A DNA stretch of 64,000 bases from Macrostomum lignano (Eukaryota), in NCBI GenBank assembly GCA_002269645.1, contig NIVC01001522.1, positions 186,001-250,000 on the forward strand. The letters are read 5' to 3'. The translations under genes were made by a program, and so were the position numbers. Each line of letters begins with the position of its first letter. Within the stretch, counting starts at the first letter, position 1. The notes beneath the pieces are model-generated. The model worked only from the letters and a program-made list of their open reading frames with translations, was not told the origin of the DNA and ran no database searches. Shown piece after piece: positions 1 through 13,129 of this stretch.

Positions 1-1
1 T

Positions 2-330
2 CTGGTTCCCTATAGGATAGGCGAATGGGTAATTCGACGTCGCGTCGCACAGCGTCAAGATGTAGCGGTTCCCGCTCTTGCTATTCTGGGCAATAGGGCC
101 TACTACGTCACAGTGTACTCTTCCCAGAACTTCACACACCGGGAAGCTCTGTACAGGTACTGGGTCTCGTCTTCGCGATTTACTTTCAAGACAGGCACGG
201 CACTTACTGATAAAGTTCTCGGTGACACGGGCTAATCCGAGTCTCCAGAATCGTTCACGTAGCCGCTTCAACGTCTTCGTCTGGCCGAGGTGTCCAAGCA
301 GTGGCGAACTGTGGAGCTCCTGGAGCACCT
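2..330 (+). pseudogene. Possible decayed 3' end of an LTR-retrotransposon pol (integrase C-terminal region)
   Basis: Frame from nt 2 reads LVPYRIGEWVIRR.., and a frameshifted VH(V)SRFNVF near 250-280 resembles the VHVSRLK motif of Ty3/gypsy integrase tails. Weak, by-eye similarity only. Confidence 0.25.
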
Positions 331-1239
331 GGGCATCGAGGCTTTCGGGCAGGACAAAACGAGAACACGAGACAAAGGGGGGCGAACGAGGACAAACAGA
401 CAGTCAGGCAAACGCGCAAGGAACAGGCCAGAGGACAGGCGAGAAGGGACAGGCAACTGCCAAGCGTCAGACAGAAGCGTGGGGCGAGGGCGAGGGAAAC
501 AGCTGACTAGTGCGGCGCCGAACTAAATAGTGACTCACTACACTAGATTGATATTAGGGACATTGATATCAACGCCGGGCAATATTTCCTCATGTACTCG
601 CTGCATTCTAGTTTGCATCGCTACTTACTCTTGTAATTAGGCTCGTGTGCTTTGTAATAAGAACCTGGAGAGACGATTGGAAGCAATTGTATTGAGAATT
701 CAATAAAAAAAATTAATAAAGAGAATTCAATTCAATAGTCGCATTCACACTGTATGTAGTACATATCACATATACATCACAAGCAAACCAACTTCCCTAC
801 CACAGGACGCCGCCCCGATAATAATTAAATGTATTTGCTAAGAGTCATTGAAATGTAAGCAAAATTTGCAGAGGCAAACTAAGAGTAACAACACCAGGGT
901 AGCTGAACAGTGCAGAGGTTTTAAGTGCAGTTTGCATGGAGTAGGATAGTAAAAACATGAATTCAAATTTTAACGAAATAAGTGCATACTACGGTTTTAG
1001 GAAGCCACTCCAGCCAAATGCGAGAAAAGAAAGGTTACAGAAAATACTGTGGCCTGCTGACGGCGTCTTTTGCTGTGACGGAGGTCCATCGCATAAATAC
1101 CAGCGGCTCGTTTCGAGCGCTTTTGTAGCATCGGATGTTGCTCACTTCACTATTCTTGCTGCGTGTGCGGCTGACGTTTGACGCTGTCAGCGACCCGACT
1201 CTCCACATTTATTGACGTTACAGAAGCTGCCAGATCAGT

Positions 1240-1868
1240 TCCGTCGTAATAAGCATCGTTGGCGTATGCTTCTTCATTACTAAGGATTTCGCCTGGATAT
1301 TGTGCCACAAAAGCTCATTTTGTCAATAAGCAGGCCGCAAAGGCGCCTTCGCCCTTTAAGCCGGCGTCAGAAATAGGAACTGTGCTTTCGTCTTGACTGC
1401 GTAGCCGTGCCTCGATTTCTTGAGCTTTGGCTTGGGTCGCTGAATGGCGCTACTGTGAAGGGATAGCTTTAAAGGCTTAACTGCTGCTGCAACAGCTTCG
1501 AGCACTACTGCTTCGGGCAAAGCGGGTACCTCAGCTTGTGACAGCAGCGGATGCTGCGGTATCGCCTTAGGCACTGGCCAATCGGAACATTTATATATTC
1601 CTCAAGTAAAGACATGTAACTCTTAACCATGGCCCTGCATTCATCAGCAGCTTTACGCTCAAACAGAATGTCCCAATTTTCGTACAATTTTGAAGGTGCT
1701 TGCGCATCGAAGTGGGTTAGCAAATATGGAAGCAAAACTTACATAGCTATGGATCCTCGAGAGTGCTTGCACCACGTCGGGATCCCGTCCATGCATGCAG
1801 TTTAGATGATAACGTAGGTGGTTGCTCCTCGTGCATGCCTCACAATAAGGGCAATTGAAAAAATACAA
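1240..1868 (-). pseudogene. Decayed gene with C2H2-like Zn finger and the N-terminal half of a PR-Set7/SETD8-like SET domain
   Basis: Minus strand encodes CPYCEACTRSNHLRYHLNCMH (1659-1868 ORF). After frameshifts it reads IEARLRSQDESTVPISDAGLKGEGAFAACLLTK*AFVAQYPGEILSNEEAYANDAYY (~1430-1245), matching the SET motif I pattern KGRGVxA...KGxFVxEYxGxxI. One in-frame stop; no RxxNHS motif seen. Confidence 0.55.
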
Positions 1869-2068
1869 CTTTGTTTTTATGTCATTTTGTAAATAACTTA
1901 ATTGTGGGTTGAACAGAAAACTGACGCATAGAAAGTGAGTTGTGAATGGCGATTGTTTCTTATATGATTTAGAGGGCGAGGTTGGCTTCGCCTCGTATAG
2001 TTTAAGGGTTCATGGGTTTAGGAGCCCGTCACCCATAGACAATAAATATAGGCCTTGACTTACTTGAC

Positions 2069-2760
2069 TTAGCTCCAGGAAAATCCATGCATCCGAATGA
2101 AGCGAGGAGGCGTTGCCGCCCATTTTGCTAACCCCTGGCGACCACGGGCAGCTAGTGTCGTGTAGGGAGATCCGGTTGTGCCAGTGTTGTATACAAGGAC
2201 TATTTGTGTAAAAAAGCTATATAATTGCTTTTTGGTTTACAGATTGCAAGAGTAAGCTGCATTTAGCTTAAACACAATATCATACCTTGAATGTAGCCCA
2301 AAAACTTTGATTGAAAAGCGAGCTCCCGATCAGATAGCGTGGCTGAACCAGATTTGCACGCCATGTTCCCCATGTCTTGTCCATTGAAATTACCAAATGC
2401 TTGCAGTCTAGTCGTCAGGATGACATTGACCATGTCGGTGACTGCTGTTGCCAAATTTCCGCGCCGGCATAGACGGAGATGATTAATCTGAGTGAAAGGG
2501 GAGTAAATTGGGCTTTAACTTGATTTCCATTAAAATCGGAACTCCGCTACTTTTACTACTACTGCATCCTCATAGGCAATAGCAAGCAGGGGAATTCAGA
2601 AATTAAAATGGATTAACGCTGAAACTTATCAAAGTCAAAACTCGCCCAGAAGGCAAATCAGTGAGGAAGCGAGCGTACTCTTCCATTGAACTCAGAGGTT
2701 CAAAGAGCAAGCTGGCTGATTGCCCGCCCGCGGATTCAGGCTTTTACTTTGCGTAACTTC
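2069..2760 (-). pseudogene. Three-exon remnant of a DUF4806/BEN-like accessory gene of EnSpm/CACTA type
   Basis: Exons ~2760-2630 (LFEPLSSMEEYARFLTDL; donor mutated to ATAAGT), 2487-2286 (INHLRLCRRGNLATAVTDMVNVILTTRLQAFGNFNGQ..; AG/GT, phase 0 to 1) and 2199-2069 (..RQGLAKWAATPPR..stop) splice in frame. The pattern parallels the EnSpm accessory gene at 39406-41939. Confidence 0.5.
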
Positions 2761-3850
2761 CTGAAAAATTCTGCCTTTTAATGCAAGTAAATAAACCATT
2801 CAGTACAAATAATGCGTTACGACCAGCAGCTATCGCAAGCTTCATCTTTAGTAAATGCTAGTAAAGTGACTGAAGTTTATGCATATGTGCATGATGGGGA
2901 TCGCAACCTAATACATGTAAATCTAATATATCTAAAGTAGCAACCCCCCCTCCACCGGCCCTGTCTGTCTGTGGGTATGTAACAGGTTATCTCCCAAAAG
3001 GCTCAACCGATTTTCTCCGTTTCTTCGCCAAAAGATGTCAAATGTGCCCGGGACGGTACATGTAATTTTATTAAGCTCTAGCTCAATGCTAAGGGGATTA
3101 AATATTCGAAAAACTGTTTTAAATGGCCTTTTTAGTGTATTTTTTTATCAGCCTGCGCGCAGCGAGAAACTTCACAGCCAATTTTAATGATTGCGCCAGA
3201 GCCAACTGATAAGAAAATTCACTTTGCCCCACTGCCCAGATAATTACTCTATTTAACTTGCGTAACCAATTAAGGGGGGGGGTATAATAAAAATTCTGGA
3301 TGCTTCCAATATACTAAAAATATACTAAAAATCAAAACTTCAAAACTTATGTACCTATAGGAACCTTCGTTTAACTTGTCTGTGGGTATGTAACAGGTAA
3401 TCTCGATAATGGCTAGATGAATTTTTTTCGGGTTTGAACCATCTGAAAGAAGAACATCTCAGGATCATTCGTGAGTTTGAAAATTGGAGAAATTCGATCG
3501 GGAAGTGGGTTAGTTTTTTGTTCAAAGACTGTACCCCCTGAGTTTAGCCATTTTCTGAACATTTTGGACACTTCTAGGCAATCTGCTGAATGCCTAGGTT
3601 AATATTTTGCTGCACATTTTATATCACTGGAAAGCTTGTCAGAAAAGGAATTCAATGGTACAAGTTTTAAAATTAGAACTTTTTGAATAAAATAATTATT
3701 GAAGTGTTAAGGCATTTTTTTGCGCAAAAATTAATTTACTTTGCACATTGGCCGTGTGTACCTACTGTACAATTCACTCGCTGTTAGGCGAGTGATTGCA
3801 TAACACATGCAGCGGCGCCGCCGATAGGGTGGGGTCTGAGAGAAGGGGTA

Positions 3851-3990
3851 GAGAGAAAGGGGACGAGTGTACTGAATATTTGTATCTCCGCATGCACATT
3901 GACCCCCGCCAGAGTTGTTGAGAGAAAGGGGACGAGTGTACTTAGTTTTTGCATCTCCGCATGCACATTGACCAACCGCCAGAGCTGTTG
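3851..3990 (+). repeat. Two-copy 69-bp tandem duplication upstream of the RepHel ATG
   Basis: GAGAGAAAGGGGACGAGTGTACT..ATCTCCGCATGCACATTGACC..CCGCCAGAG at 3851 and 3920. Confidence 0.85.
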
Positions 3991-4186
3991 ACAACTGCAG
4001 TTAGTGAGAAGGCAGGGCTTCACTCTCTTTGCCCAGAGCTTTGGCTGGACACTTCATATGGCCGAACTGCAAGTTCTCACTCAATTTTCAAATTGTCTCT
4101 GCACTATTCTTTGTGATTCTTTGAAGTCTTGGAGCTAATAAGTTGAATGATAATAATATATACTAAAATTCTATTGAATACTGAAA

Positions 4187-7100
4187 ATGGCTAAACGCAA
4201 GGGTTCAAGCGCTGAAAAGAAAAACCGCAACGCAAAGCAGCGTCGCAATGAGGAAACGCCCGATGAGCGTGAGTCTAGACTGCACAAGCTACGGGAGCAT
4301 ACAAGAGAACAACGGGCGGAGGAATCAGTGAATGAACGAGAAGTTCGCCTCGGCCGGAAGAAAGCCCAAATGAGGGAGCGCCGAGCTGCTGAGTCGGACG
4401 CTCAGCGTAGCCATCGCCAAGAGCGAGATCGTGAACAGCACAGAAGGCGGCGGACAGAGCGGACAGAGACCACGGAACGGATTCCGGATTCAAGGTAAGC
4501 TATATTCACTTTACTTATTAATGTTCATGTAATCGTAATAATAATTCAAATAGTTTATAGTTACTTTTTTCTGAGCCTTGGCTGTGAGAGAGATGGAAAG
4601 TATTGAGGACGAAGACAGAGTGATTAATTAAAGCTTTCCACTGATAGACAGACAGAGAAATATAAAAGATGATGCATTAGAAAAGTGGAGAGACAGAAAT
4701 ACAAAAACAAATATAGACGAGCTGAGCTGGTGATAAATGAGATGGTGAGAAGAGGGCCGCTAAGAAAAGCGTATATAGGGGAGTGGCAACGTTAACGGAA
4801 GACAGAACTGTGAAATATTTATAGAGGCTATAAGACAGGGCGGATACTGGGGGGGGGCAAGGGGCTCAGTGGCCCTCCCTCAGTTGCGAAATTCTAGGAG
4901 AGCGAGAGAGAGAGAACGAGAGAGAGAGCGAGAGAGAGCGAGAGAGAGGAAGGGCGAGAGAGAGGGAGAGCGAGAGAGAGAGGGAGAGCGAGAGAGAGAG
5001 GGAGAGCGAGAGAGGGAGAGATAGCGAGAGAGAGCGAGAGAGAGGAAGGGCGAGAGAGAGAGGGAGAGCGAGAGAGAGAGGGAGAGCGAGAGAGCGAGAG
5101 AGACAGGGGGACAGAGCGAGAGAGGGGGAGATAGCGAGAGAGAGAGAGCGAGAGAGAGAGCGATAGAGAGCGAGAGAGAGGGGGGAGAGAGCGAGAGAGA
5201 GAGAGGGAGAGTGAGAGAGAGGGAGAGAACGGGAGAGAGCATAAAAGTTTTTAGCATTCATTTATAATGAGTTGCATTCAAATTGCTGTATCGACTGTGT
5301 AGTATAATTAGACGAGTGGGTCATGGTGCGAGTGGGTCTCGTACGAGGCTCATGCATTAGTCTTCATTGATTGATTGATATCGTCAAATGCAACAATTAA
5401 ATCATTCTTTTATACACATGTACGGTTGAACATACATTTCCTTTCACAGGACCGATTCGACACTGTCCGCTGCCTCCGATGCTTCACCTTTTAATTCCCT
5501 GCAAGCTGTTCGTATGCCGGGTGATGGGAATTGCTTTTTCCACTCTGTGTGTGATCAGTTGCGGGGTACTGACTTAGAGACGGACATATTCTCGCTCCGC
5601 GCTGATTTTACCGCCCGCGCTGTCCCCTTTCTGCGTGAGTTACTGGAGCAGGGCGTTTTTGAGGCACCTGACTTTGACCGCATTTTGCGTGAGTGTTCCA
5701 GTCACGGAACTGACATTCCAGATGAAATGGTACCTCTTTTTAGCCGTTGCTATCCTGTTGACCTTATCGTGTACCAGACGGACGGTGGTCTGTATGTCAA
5801 TCACCACCAATCTGATGTGCAGCCACCTATTGCAGTTGTGAGAGTGATGCTGTCGAATGAGCACTACAATTCTCTACGAGTGCCTGATTTTCAGCCGGCC
5901 GCGCAGACCACGCCCACAGGTGCTGCATCTGATGGCAGGCGCCCCTCGTACTCTCAGGTTCCTCCGGGCGCCAGGAATCGTTCTGCTGAGCCAGACCAGA
6001 CTGCTGCTGCAGATCCTGTGAACACGGCAGCTGATTCGATGGACAATTCTGTGTGAGTACTCTACTGTCATTCATATTTTTATGTCTAGCTATAATGCAT
6101 GATGCTATGCTAACCGGAAATGTGTCCAGAAAAACTGAATATAATTGAATATAACTAATATAGAGTAGCTCTCGGTTCTTACTTTCGCAGACCGGAAGTC
6201 ACCAAGGCCCACTTTGCTGGACGAATGGCGCTGCCCTGTTCCCACTGCGGTGCCCTTCACTGGAAGCAGGAGGCGCCCGGGATCTGCTGCAACAATGGAA
6301 AAGTACGACTGGAGCCGCGCAACGTTCCCCGAGAACTACGTCAACTGCTGACCGGCGATCATGAGAAGAGCAGCACGTTCCTGGCGAACATGAGGAAGTA
6401 TAACGCCGCCCTGCACATGACGTCATTCGGAGTGCAAGAACGGCATCTGAGGGGTGGCTCTCCTAGCGTCATCATTCAGGGGGAGCTGCATCATCGAATC
6501 GGGAGCCTGCTACCGGAGGAAAATTCAGTGCCCAAGTTTTGTCAAATATTCTTCTGCGACTCCGAGTTGGACACAAGGATGGCTTTGGTTCAAGGACTGG
6601 ACCGTGGCCTGCTGGAACTGCTGCAGAATGTTCTTCACCGGGACAACTCTTACGTGCGAAGCTTCAAAGCCGCAATAGATAGACTGACCGACGATCCCGA
6701 GCTTCAGCACGCAGATCTCATCATTCGTGCCGATAGGAAGCCATCAGGAGAGCATGCAAGGTAGGATGCAGTGCATAGTTTGGGGAGTTATACGATCGTA
6801 TAATATTTAGTCAAAGAGCGTATAATAGTAATTCAACTGAAAGCCTACAATTTTGTGAAAAAAATCTGTAGTAGTTAATAAATGAATCTATCCAAGTGAC
6901 TAATTCCAAGTGACTAATATATCTGACTAATTATATGACAAATATCTGGCAAAATATCTGGCAAAAGCACACCCTAAACGTTTGATGACGTAAAACTCGG
7001 TGGGAATAAATGTTACCTTGGTTTTGTTCTCCCACGACTTAGAATGCCTTGCGTTTTTCGTTCTGTCGAGTTGCATTTGATTGTTTTTGCTATCAGTCAG

Positions 7101-10100
7101 CTTTGATATGTTATGTTTTACGAGTCTCTACAAGTTCTACGAGTGACAAGTGAATATCAATACGGACGTCGTCTATTGTATTTTCTGTATGTTTCTTTTT
7201 CTCAATGTTACTTGCGTGTCTTTTCCACTTTGTGTACTTTTACTAATACGACGTATGAAAGCAGAGCTTCTGTCTTTCTCTTCTTATTTTTGTCCCCCAT
7301 CTCTCTCTTTCTCCTTCTTTCTCTCTATATATACATATCACTATTTCTCTTACTCTTTTATTGTTTGCATTCTGATAGCTTCTGACATATTTTCTATCTC
7401 CAACTCACTGATCTCTGTTTGCACTTGCATGTGTAGGCGTACTCATTGCATCAATCTGCCGCACCTGCACATTTTTCTCTCCTGGATCTTTTTTGTTACT
7501 TCAATCAGACGTTTCAATCTGCCGACTGTCAGCGAGGTGGCAGTGCTGGTTCCTGATGGAGATGAAGACACCGACGGAATTTCAACGACGAAGCGAGACG
7601 TTCTCCTGCATCTGAGAGGCGGTGGCCTTCAGCGCATTGACGAGACCAACCGGTGCTACGACGCTCTAGAGTATGTCTTGTTTCATCCTCGAGGTGAGGA
7701 CGGATGGCATCTGGGCATGACGATGACGAATGGTCGGAAGCTGACTCCCAAGGCCATGTATCAATACCTATTGATGGTGCGACCAGGGGTGTTCAATCCA
7801 CTTCACTATGGTCGACGACTGCTGCAGCAGTACATTGTGGATCAAGCGGCCAAGATAGAGACGGAGCGACTCAACTACCAGAGAACTCATCAGGCGGATC
7901 TGCGCTCGGAGACTTACAGTGGCTTAAGAGATGCTCTGGTTGCTGTGGACGGCGATGGCAGTCAGGTTGGACAGCGAGTCATTTTGTCGTCGACATTTGT
8001 TGGAGGACCTCGCTACCTTCTTGAACGCCAGCAGGACGCTTTGGCGTATGTACAGCATTTTGGCCGCCCAGATCTGTTTATCACAATGACTGCCAATCCC
8101 AACTGGGACGAGATTGTACAGGAGTTGCTACCAGGTCAAAATGCTTCTGATCGGCCAGACCTGACAATGAGAGTATTCGATTTGAAGCGGAAAGCTCTGC
8201 TTCAGAGAATCAGGACCGTCTTTGGCCTGCAGGTGGCACATGTTTGCAGTCTGGAATATCAGAAGAGAGGTAAGTACTCGTAATTTTTCCCGGTATTCAG
8301 GTGGTACTATTGAAGCATATTATTTCTCGAGCTGCAACATGCTCACGACACATAAAAACCATGTTTCTTCAATTCAGGGCTTCCACACGTTCATCTGCTT
8401 CTCTGGCTGGCAACTCGGGACAGAGTGACACCTGATCGATACGACGAGATCGTCTCCGCAGAGATCCCTAGCGCCGAGACGAACCCGGAACTACACAAGC
8501 TGGTGATCACCCACATGCTACACGGACCCTGTGGCAAGACGAACCCGTCCTGCCCGTGCATGGATAAGGGCAAGTGCACTAAAGGATTTCCAAAGGATTT
8601 CCAGATCGCCACAGTGGTAAACGATTCGGGCTACCCATACTACCGTCGACGAGCGCCTTCAATGGGTGGCCACGTGGGAAAGAAATTGTTTCGAGGGAAG
8701 GAGATGACACTGAACAATGGGTAAGTGTATTGCTCAGCCATTGTTTTTCGCTATTTTACTGAACAGCATCTCATTTTAGAACCCTATGTACTAACAGCAT
8801 CTCGTTTTGGGACTTATTTTTTATCCTTATTTTCGTGCAAAGTAATCGACTTGTAACCATGTATAGGCTTCTTAAATATAATATCCTCAGCGTCAGAAAG
8901 AAGTAATACTTCAGGACATAAATGCCTCGCAGATGTTTTTTTTACTTAAATTGATATTTGTTTTTTCCTAGGATTTGTAAGCACCAAACTTATTTTAATT
9001 ACTTTGGTGCTTCCTCCCCCAAACAAATTCTTGTCCTCCCTTAGATTCGTGGTCCCATACTCGCCGAAGCTGCTTGCGGAGTTCCGGTGTCATCTCAACG
9101 TGGAGGTCTGCGCCACGGTGAAAGCGATTAAGTACGTAGTTAAGTACTTAAACAAAGGATCCGACATGGCGGTTTGCCAGCTGAGCCGAGAGCTTCGGAA
9201 CCGAGACGAGATCAGCGCCTACCTGCTAGCTCGCTACCTGGGACCACACGAAGGCGCGCAGATAATCTTTGGCCTGGACGTTCACAGCCGGTCACCACCG
9301 GTTGTGCCTCTGAGTGTGCATCTGCCAGGCAAGGTCAAGGTCTACTTCACGGAGCAGACGGCAGCGCAGAGAGCAGTGCAGCCACCCCGCAGCACCTTGA
9401 CGGCCTTCTTTGAACTGTGCCGGACCGACAGCTTCGCTCGGCAACTGCTATACGGAGAGCTCCCTCGCTACTTTGTATGGCATGTGGACAAAAAGGAATG
9501 GCAGCGGGCCAAGCGAGGTGCACAAGTGGAAGGCCATCCGGACGTTCGACAGCGTGACGCCATCGGCAGAATCTACACCGTCAGTCCGCGTGCTGGTGAC
9601 GTCTTTTATCTTCGCCTGGCCCTCCTGCGCGTTCGAGGCCCAGTCGGCTACGAGGCCCTGCGCACAGTCAACGGAGTTTTGCAGCCAAGCTTCAAGGAAG
9701 CCTGCAGAGTCCTGGGCTTTCTGGAGGACGACAAACACTGGCAGTTGTGCATGGAGGAGGCGGCCGAAACTCGGATGCCGACTGCACTTCGCTGTCTGTT
9801 CTGCGTCATCCTCTTCTTCGGTGACGCCAGTGATATTCCCAGCCTGTGGGATCGATTTCGTGCTGCCATGGGCGAGGACTTCGTTCATCAAGGATTGGAC
9901 GAGGAGACGGCAAGCAACCGAGTCCTGCAAGAGCTGGCGGTGCGGCTAGAAGCCATGGGCGGTGGCCGACTGCCTGACTTCGGCCTGCCGGAACCGAGAC
10001 AGCAGACAGCAGAGGATGCGCCCGAATATGACAGTCAGCAGTTGCACAACTTTGTCGAAGAACGCGAGCTGCTGCTGACTGAGGAACAGAGGACAGTCTA

Positions 10101-11803
10101 CAATGTTGTTCGAGAGAGTCTGCAAGGTGGGCGTGGTGGACTTCATTTCATTGATGCAGCTGGTGGCACCGGAAAAAGTTTTCTGCTCGAACTTCTCCTG
10201 GCGTGGGTGAGATCACGTGGTGAAGTAGCCATGGCTGTTGCCAGCACCGGAATTGCGGCCACTCTTCTACCTGGAGGGCAGACTGCGCACTCAGCATTCA
10301 AGATTCCCGTGTCACCAGTGCGCCGGGACAACGCCTTCTGTTCGATCGGCAAGCAGAGCAACCTTGCGGAGAGATTGAGAAGAACCCGACTGATTGTGTG
10401 GGATGAGGCTGCCATGATGCACCGGAAGGACCTGGAGACCGTTGAGCGTAGCCTCAGAGACACAGTGGTAGATCAGCCTTTCGGCGGTCTCGTAGTTGTG
10501 TTGGCTGGGGACTTTCGCCAGCTTCTCGCCGTCATCAAATGTGGAACTGCGGCCAATATGGTGGACGCATGCATTAATCACAGTGCATTATGGTCAGGGT
10601 TCGTGAAGCACCGGCTGACTCGAAACCTTCGGCTTCAGGCAGAGAGCGACTCTGGGGCTGCAAATTACGCGGAATTCCTGCTGCAAGTGAGTACAGTGCT
10701 ATCCCTTGCTTTAAAAGTAGCATTTTTTGGGTAATTTTTTCGCTGGCTCGTATGAGCCTAAAAGTACTGTTTCTTTATGAGCCTAAAAGTACTGTTCCTT
10801 TATGAGCCTAAAAGTACTGTTCCTTTATGAGCCTAAAATTATGAGCCTAAAAGTACTGTTCCTTTATGAGCCTAAAAGTTTATTTTATGAGCCTAGAAAT
10901 ACTGTTTCTTCGTGTCTAAGTTTGCATTGGTATTCTTTATATTGTGTTCATCCTTTCATCCTGTATTTATACACGTGTAGTAACTTTTTCCTTTATTATT
11001 ATTGCATATTCCATTATCCATAATCACAATTACTCGAAAAGGTTGGCGAAGGACGACTCCCGGAGGACGACCAAGGCAACGTTGAGCTCCCAGCACAGAT
11101 CTGCATGCCGGCAGGGGCGCAGACAAGAGACCTGATTCAGCACGTCTTCCCTACATTCGAGGAATCCGACGAGCGCAACAGGCTGTTCGAGTCAAGAGCC
11201 ATCCTCGCCCCGCACAACCGAACCGTCGATGAAATCAACGCTGCCTGCCTGGAGCTCTTCCCTGGCGAAGGGGTCGAGTACCGGTCGTTCGACTCCATCC
11301 CGAATGATGAAGATGCGGCTACCCAGTTTCCCGTGGAGTCTCTCAACAGCCTGGATCCTCCTGGACTGCCGCAACATCTGCTTCGACTCAAGGTGGGTAT
11401 GCCGGTGATGCTGCTGCGGAATCTGCACCCGCCTCGCCTGTGCAACGGCAGCCGACTGATCGTGACCAAACTGGAGCCCAATGTACTGGTCGCGAGGATT
11501 GCAACTGGAGCGTACAAAGGTGAACAGGTGTTTTTGCCACGCATTCCATTGGAGCCAAGTACGGCTGACTTACCGATTGTATTTCGACGGCTCCAGTTTC
11601 CTGTTCGTCCTTGTTTTGCTATCACGGTCCACAAGAGCCAAGGCCAGACTCTGGACTTTTTTGGTGTACATTTGATTCTCTCTTGCTTTCAGCATGGACA
11701 ATTGTATGTTGCCTTGAGCAGAGCCCGTGATCCCAAAAACATTCGCGTATTGGCTCCTGACAACAAGACTCGGAATGTCGTTCTGAAGCCTGTTCTCTCA
11801 TAG
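4187..11803 (+). CDS. Helitron Rep/helicase (RepHel) with N-terminal OTU protease and Zn-binding motif; 7 exons, ~1662 aa, uninterrupted
   Basis: Exons 4187-4494, 5450-6052, 6191-6760, 7509-8269, 8378-8720, 9045-10686 and 11042-11803 all have GT-AG junctions, keep phase and sum to 4989 nt. Motifs: OTU GDGNCFFHSV..EHYNSL; CSHC..ICC; RRFNLPT; Rep motifs PDLFITMTANP, EYQKRGLPHVHLL, VVPYSP..KYVVKYLNKG; PIF1 motifs GGTGKS, IVWDEA, GDFRQL, FAITVHKSQGQTL, HGQLYVALSR. Confidence 0.95.
4890..5240. repeat. Compound (GA)n/GAGC microsatellite in RepHel intron 1
   Basis: Continuous GA-rich simple repeat; explains the low-complexity ORFs at 4866-5261. Confidence 0.95.
10751..10905 (+). repeat. 25-bp minisatellite in RepHel intron 6
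   Basis: TATGAGCCTAAAAGTACTGTTCCTT at 10751, 10776, 10801 and 10826, plus truncated copies (~7 core copies). Confidence 0.9.
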
Positions 11804-12218
11804 GAATTTCTTGTCGTGCTATACATTAGTTTACATTGATGCGACAAAGACATTATCGATTTTGCATTTCCTGGCATACTAACGGCTTGTATTTGTTAGG
11901 AACGCTGTTAAAAAATTGTTTGCCTCCTTACTGCAATACTGCACTGTTATCCATACACTTATCTGTTCATCGTTTGCAATTTTATTAACTTCTGCAAAGT
12001 TTCGTTCACCATCTGAATGAATGCCTTGATCACCGCATAATGAAAGCCATGCAGGAAAAACATTGCATTATACAGCGTAGCTTATTTTTGCACTAGCGAA
12101 ATTGATACATACACATGTAAAAATTTGCTTCATGTAAAAAATGTAATCACCAAATTTCTAACAAAGCTAAATATATACGCTTTTCTGGTATTTGTCGTAA
12201 AATAGTATATATATAATA

Positions 12219-12550
12219 CTAGCGGTACCCCCACCCTTCGGGTGTTCCCATCCATCTAAATTCCATCAGGCCAAATTCACACACATTGCAACTCCTTGCC
12301 ATGGACGTTGAAATCAGCAAAAAAAATTTCATTTTGCTGATGTCAATTAAATCAAGACCTACGTTGTTCAACTTTCTAGAAAGATTTATTATCTCTATCG
12401 TTATTGTACCCAATTTTCCTATTGGTTACAATGCAGGGGATTCATCCATCCCCTCTCCTACTCATCCATCCCCTCTCCCATCCATCCATCCATCCTCCTC
12501 CCACTCTCACCCATCCCATCTCCCTCTCTATCTCACATTTATCCCACTGT
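12219..12550 (-). mobile_element. Inverted copy of a Helitron 3' terminus
   Basis: Reverse complement of ~25755-26070; the predicted translations of both copies are identical through HPSHLPLY. Has hairpin CACCCTTCGGGTG (12232-12244) and CTAG at 12219-12222 preceded by A. Confidence 0.85.
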
Positions 12551-13129
12551 CATATGGATAATGTAAGTTTACCAAATGGTCACTTCATTGGCGCTTTCCA
12601 TATATTTTTTTCATTTTGCCATCCGTCCATGCATCGAAATTGGCATGTAAAACTGCGCACAGTTAAATTCTGTGGGAAAATTCGTCAATGGGATGTTATA
12701 TCCGTTCGCATATACTATTCCATGCACACAGAGTCATTTCATACAAATATGTCAGGAAAGAATAACAAACACGAGAAGTATTACTTAACGCAGCAATTAA
12801 ACAGCATAGCAGGCTATCCTCGCCTCGATAAAGAAGCACAACAGATCTGAGTCCGTATCCTAATACCGTAGGTGAATTTGTTTTTTTTGTCACTGTCATT
12901 GTCGTAAAAAATAGTAGTGGTGTAATAAGTGATCCGCTGCAAGATGTATCATTGCGTGTATAACAAACTATACTATAGTATGTATTAATTAACTACAATT
13001 TTGGGAAACTTACTATGCCATCAGTCAATAAAGTAGCTTCCTCGGGATGGGATCTACCATGCACGAGACTCATACAAGTGGTTCAGTAGCATTTTTTTGC
13101 ATTCTGTTTTACGCAGTGTGGCAACACCT

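Noticed and set aside
2131-2156. Helitron-like 3' end (CCCCTGGCGACCACGGG..CTAGT)
   Set aside because: The hairpin is imperfect, and the sequence is better explained as the antisense of the in-frame last exon of the DUF4806-like remnant.
4866-5261. Leu/Ser-rich ORFs here and at 25036-25475
   Set aside because: Translations of (GA)n microsatellites.
9174-11634. Alternative-frame and antisense ORFs over RepHel, and likewise over the EnSpm, Sola, mariner and LINE genes
   Set aside because: Shadows of GC-rich coding sequence with no motifs of their own.
4187-11803. Helentron classification
   Set aside because: No C-terminal APE domain, and the termini are canonical TC / hairpin-CTAG.
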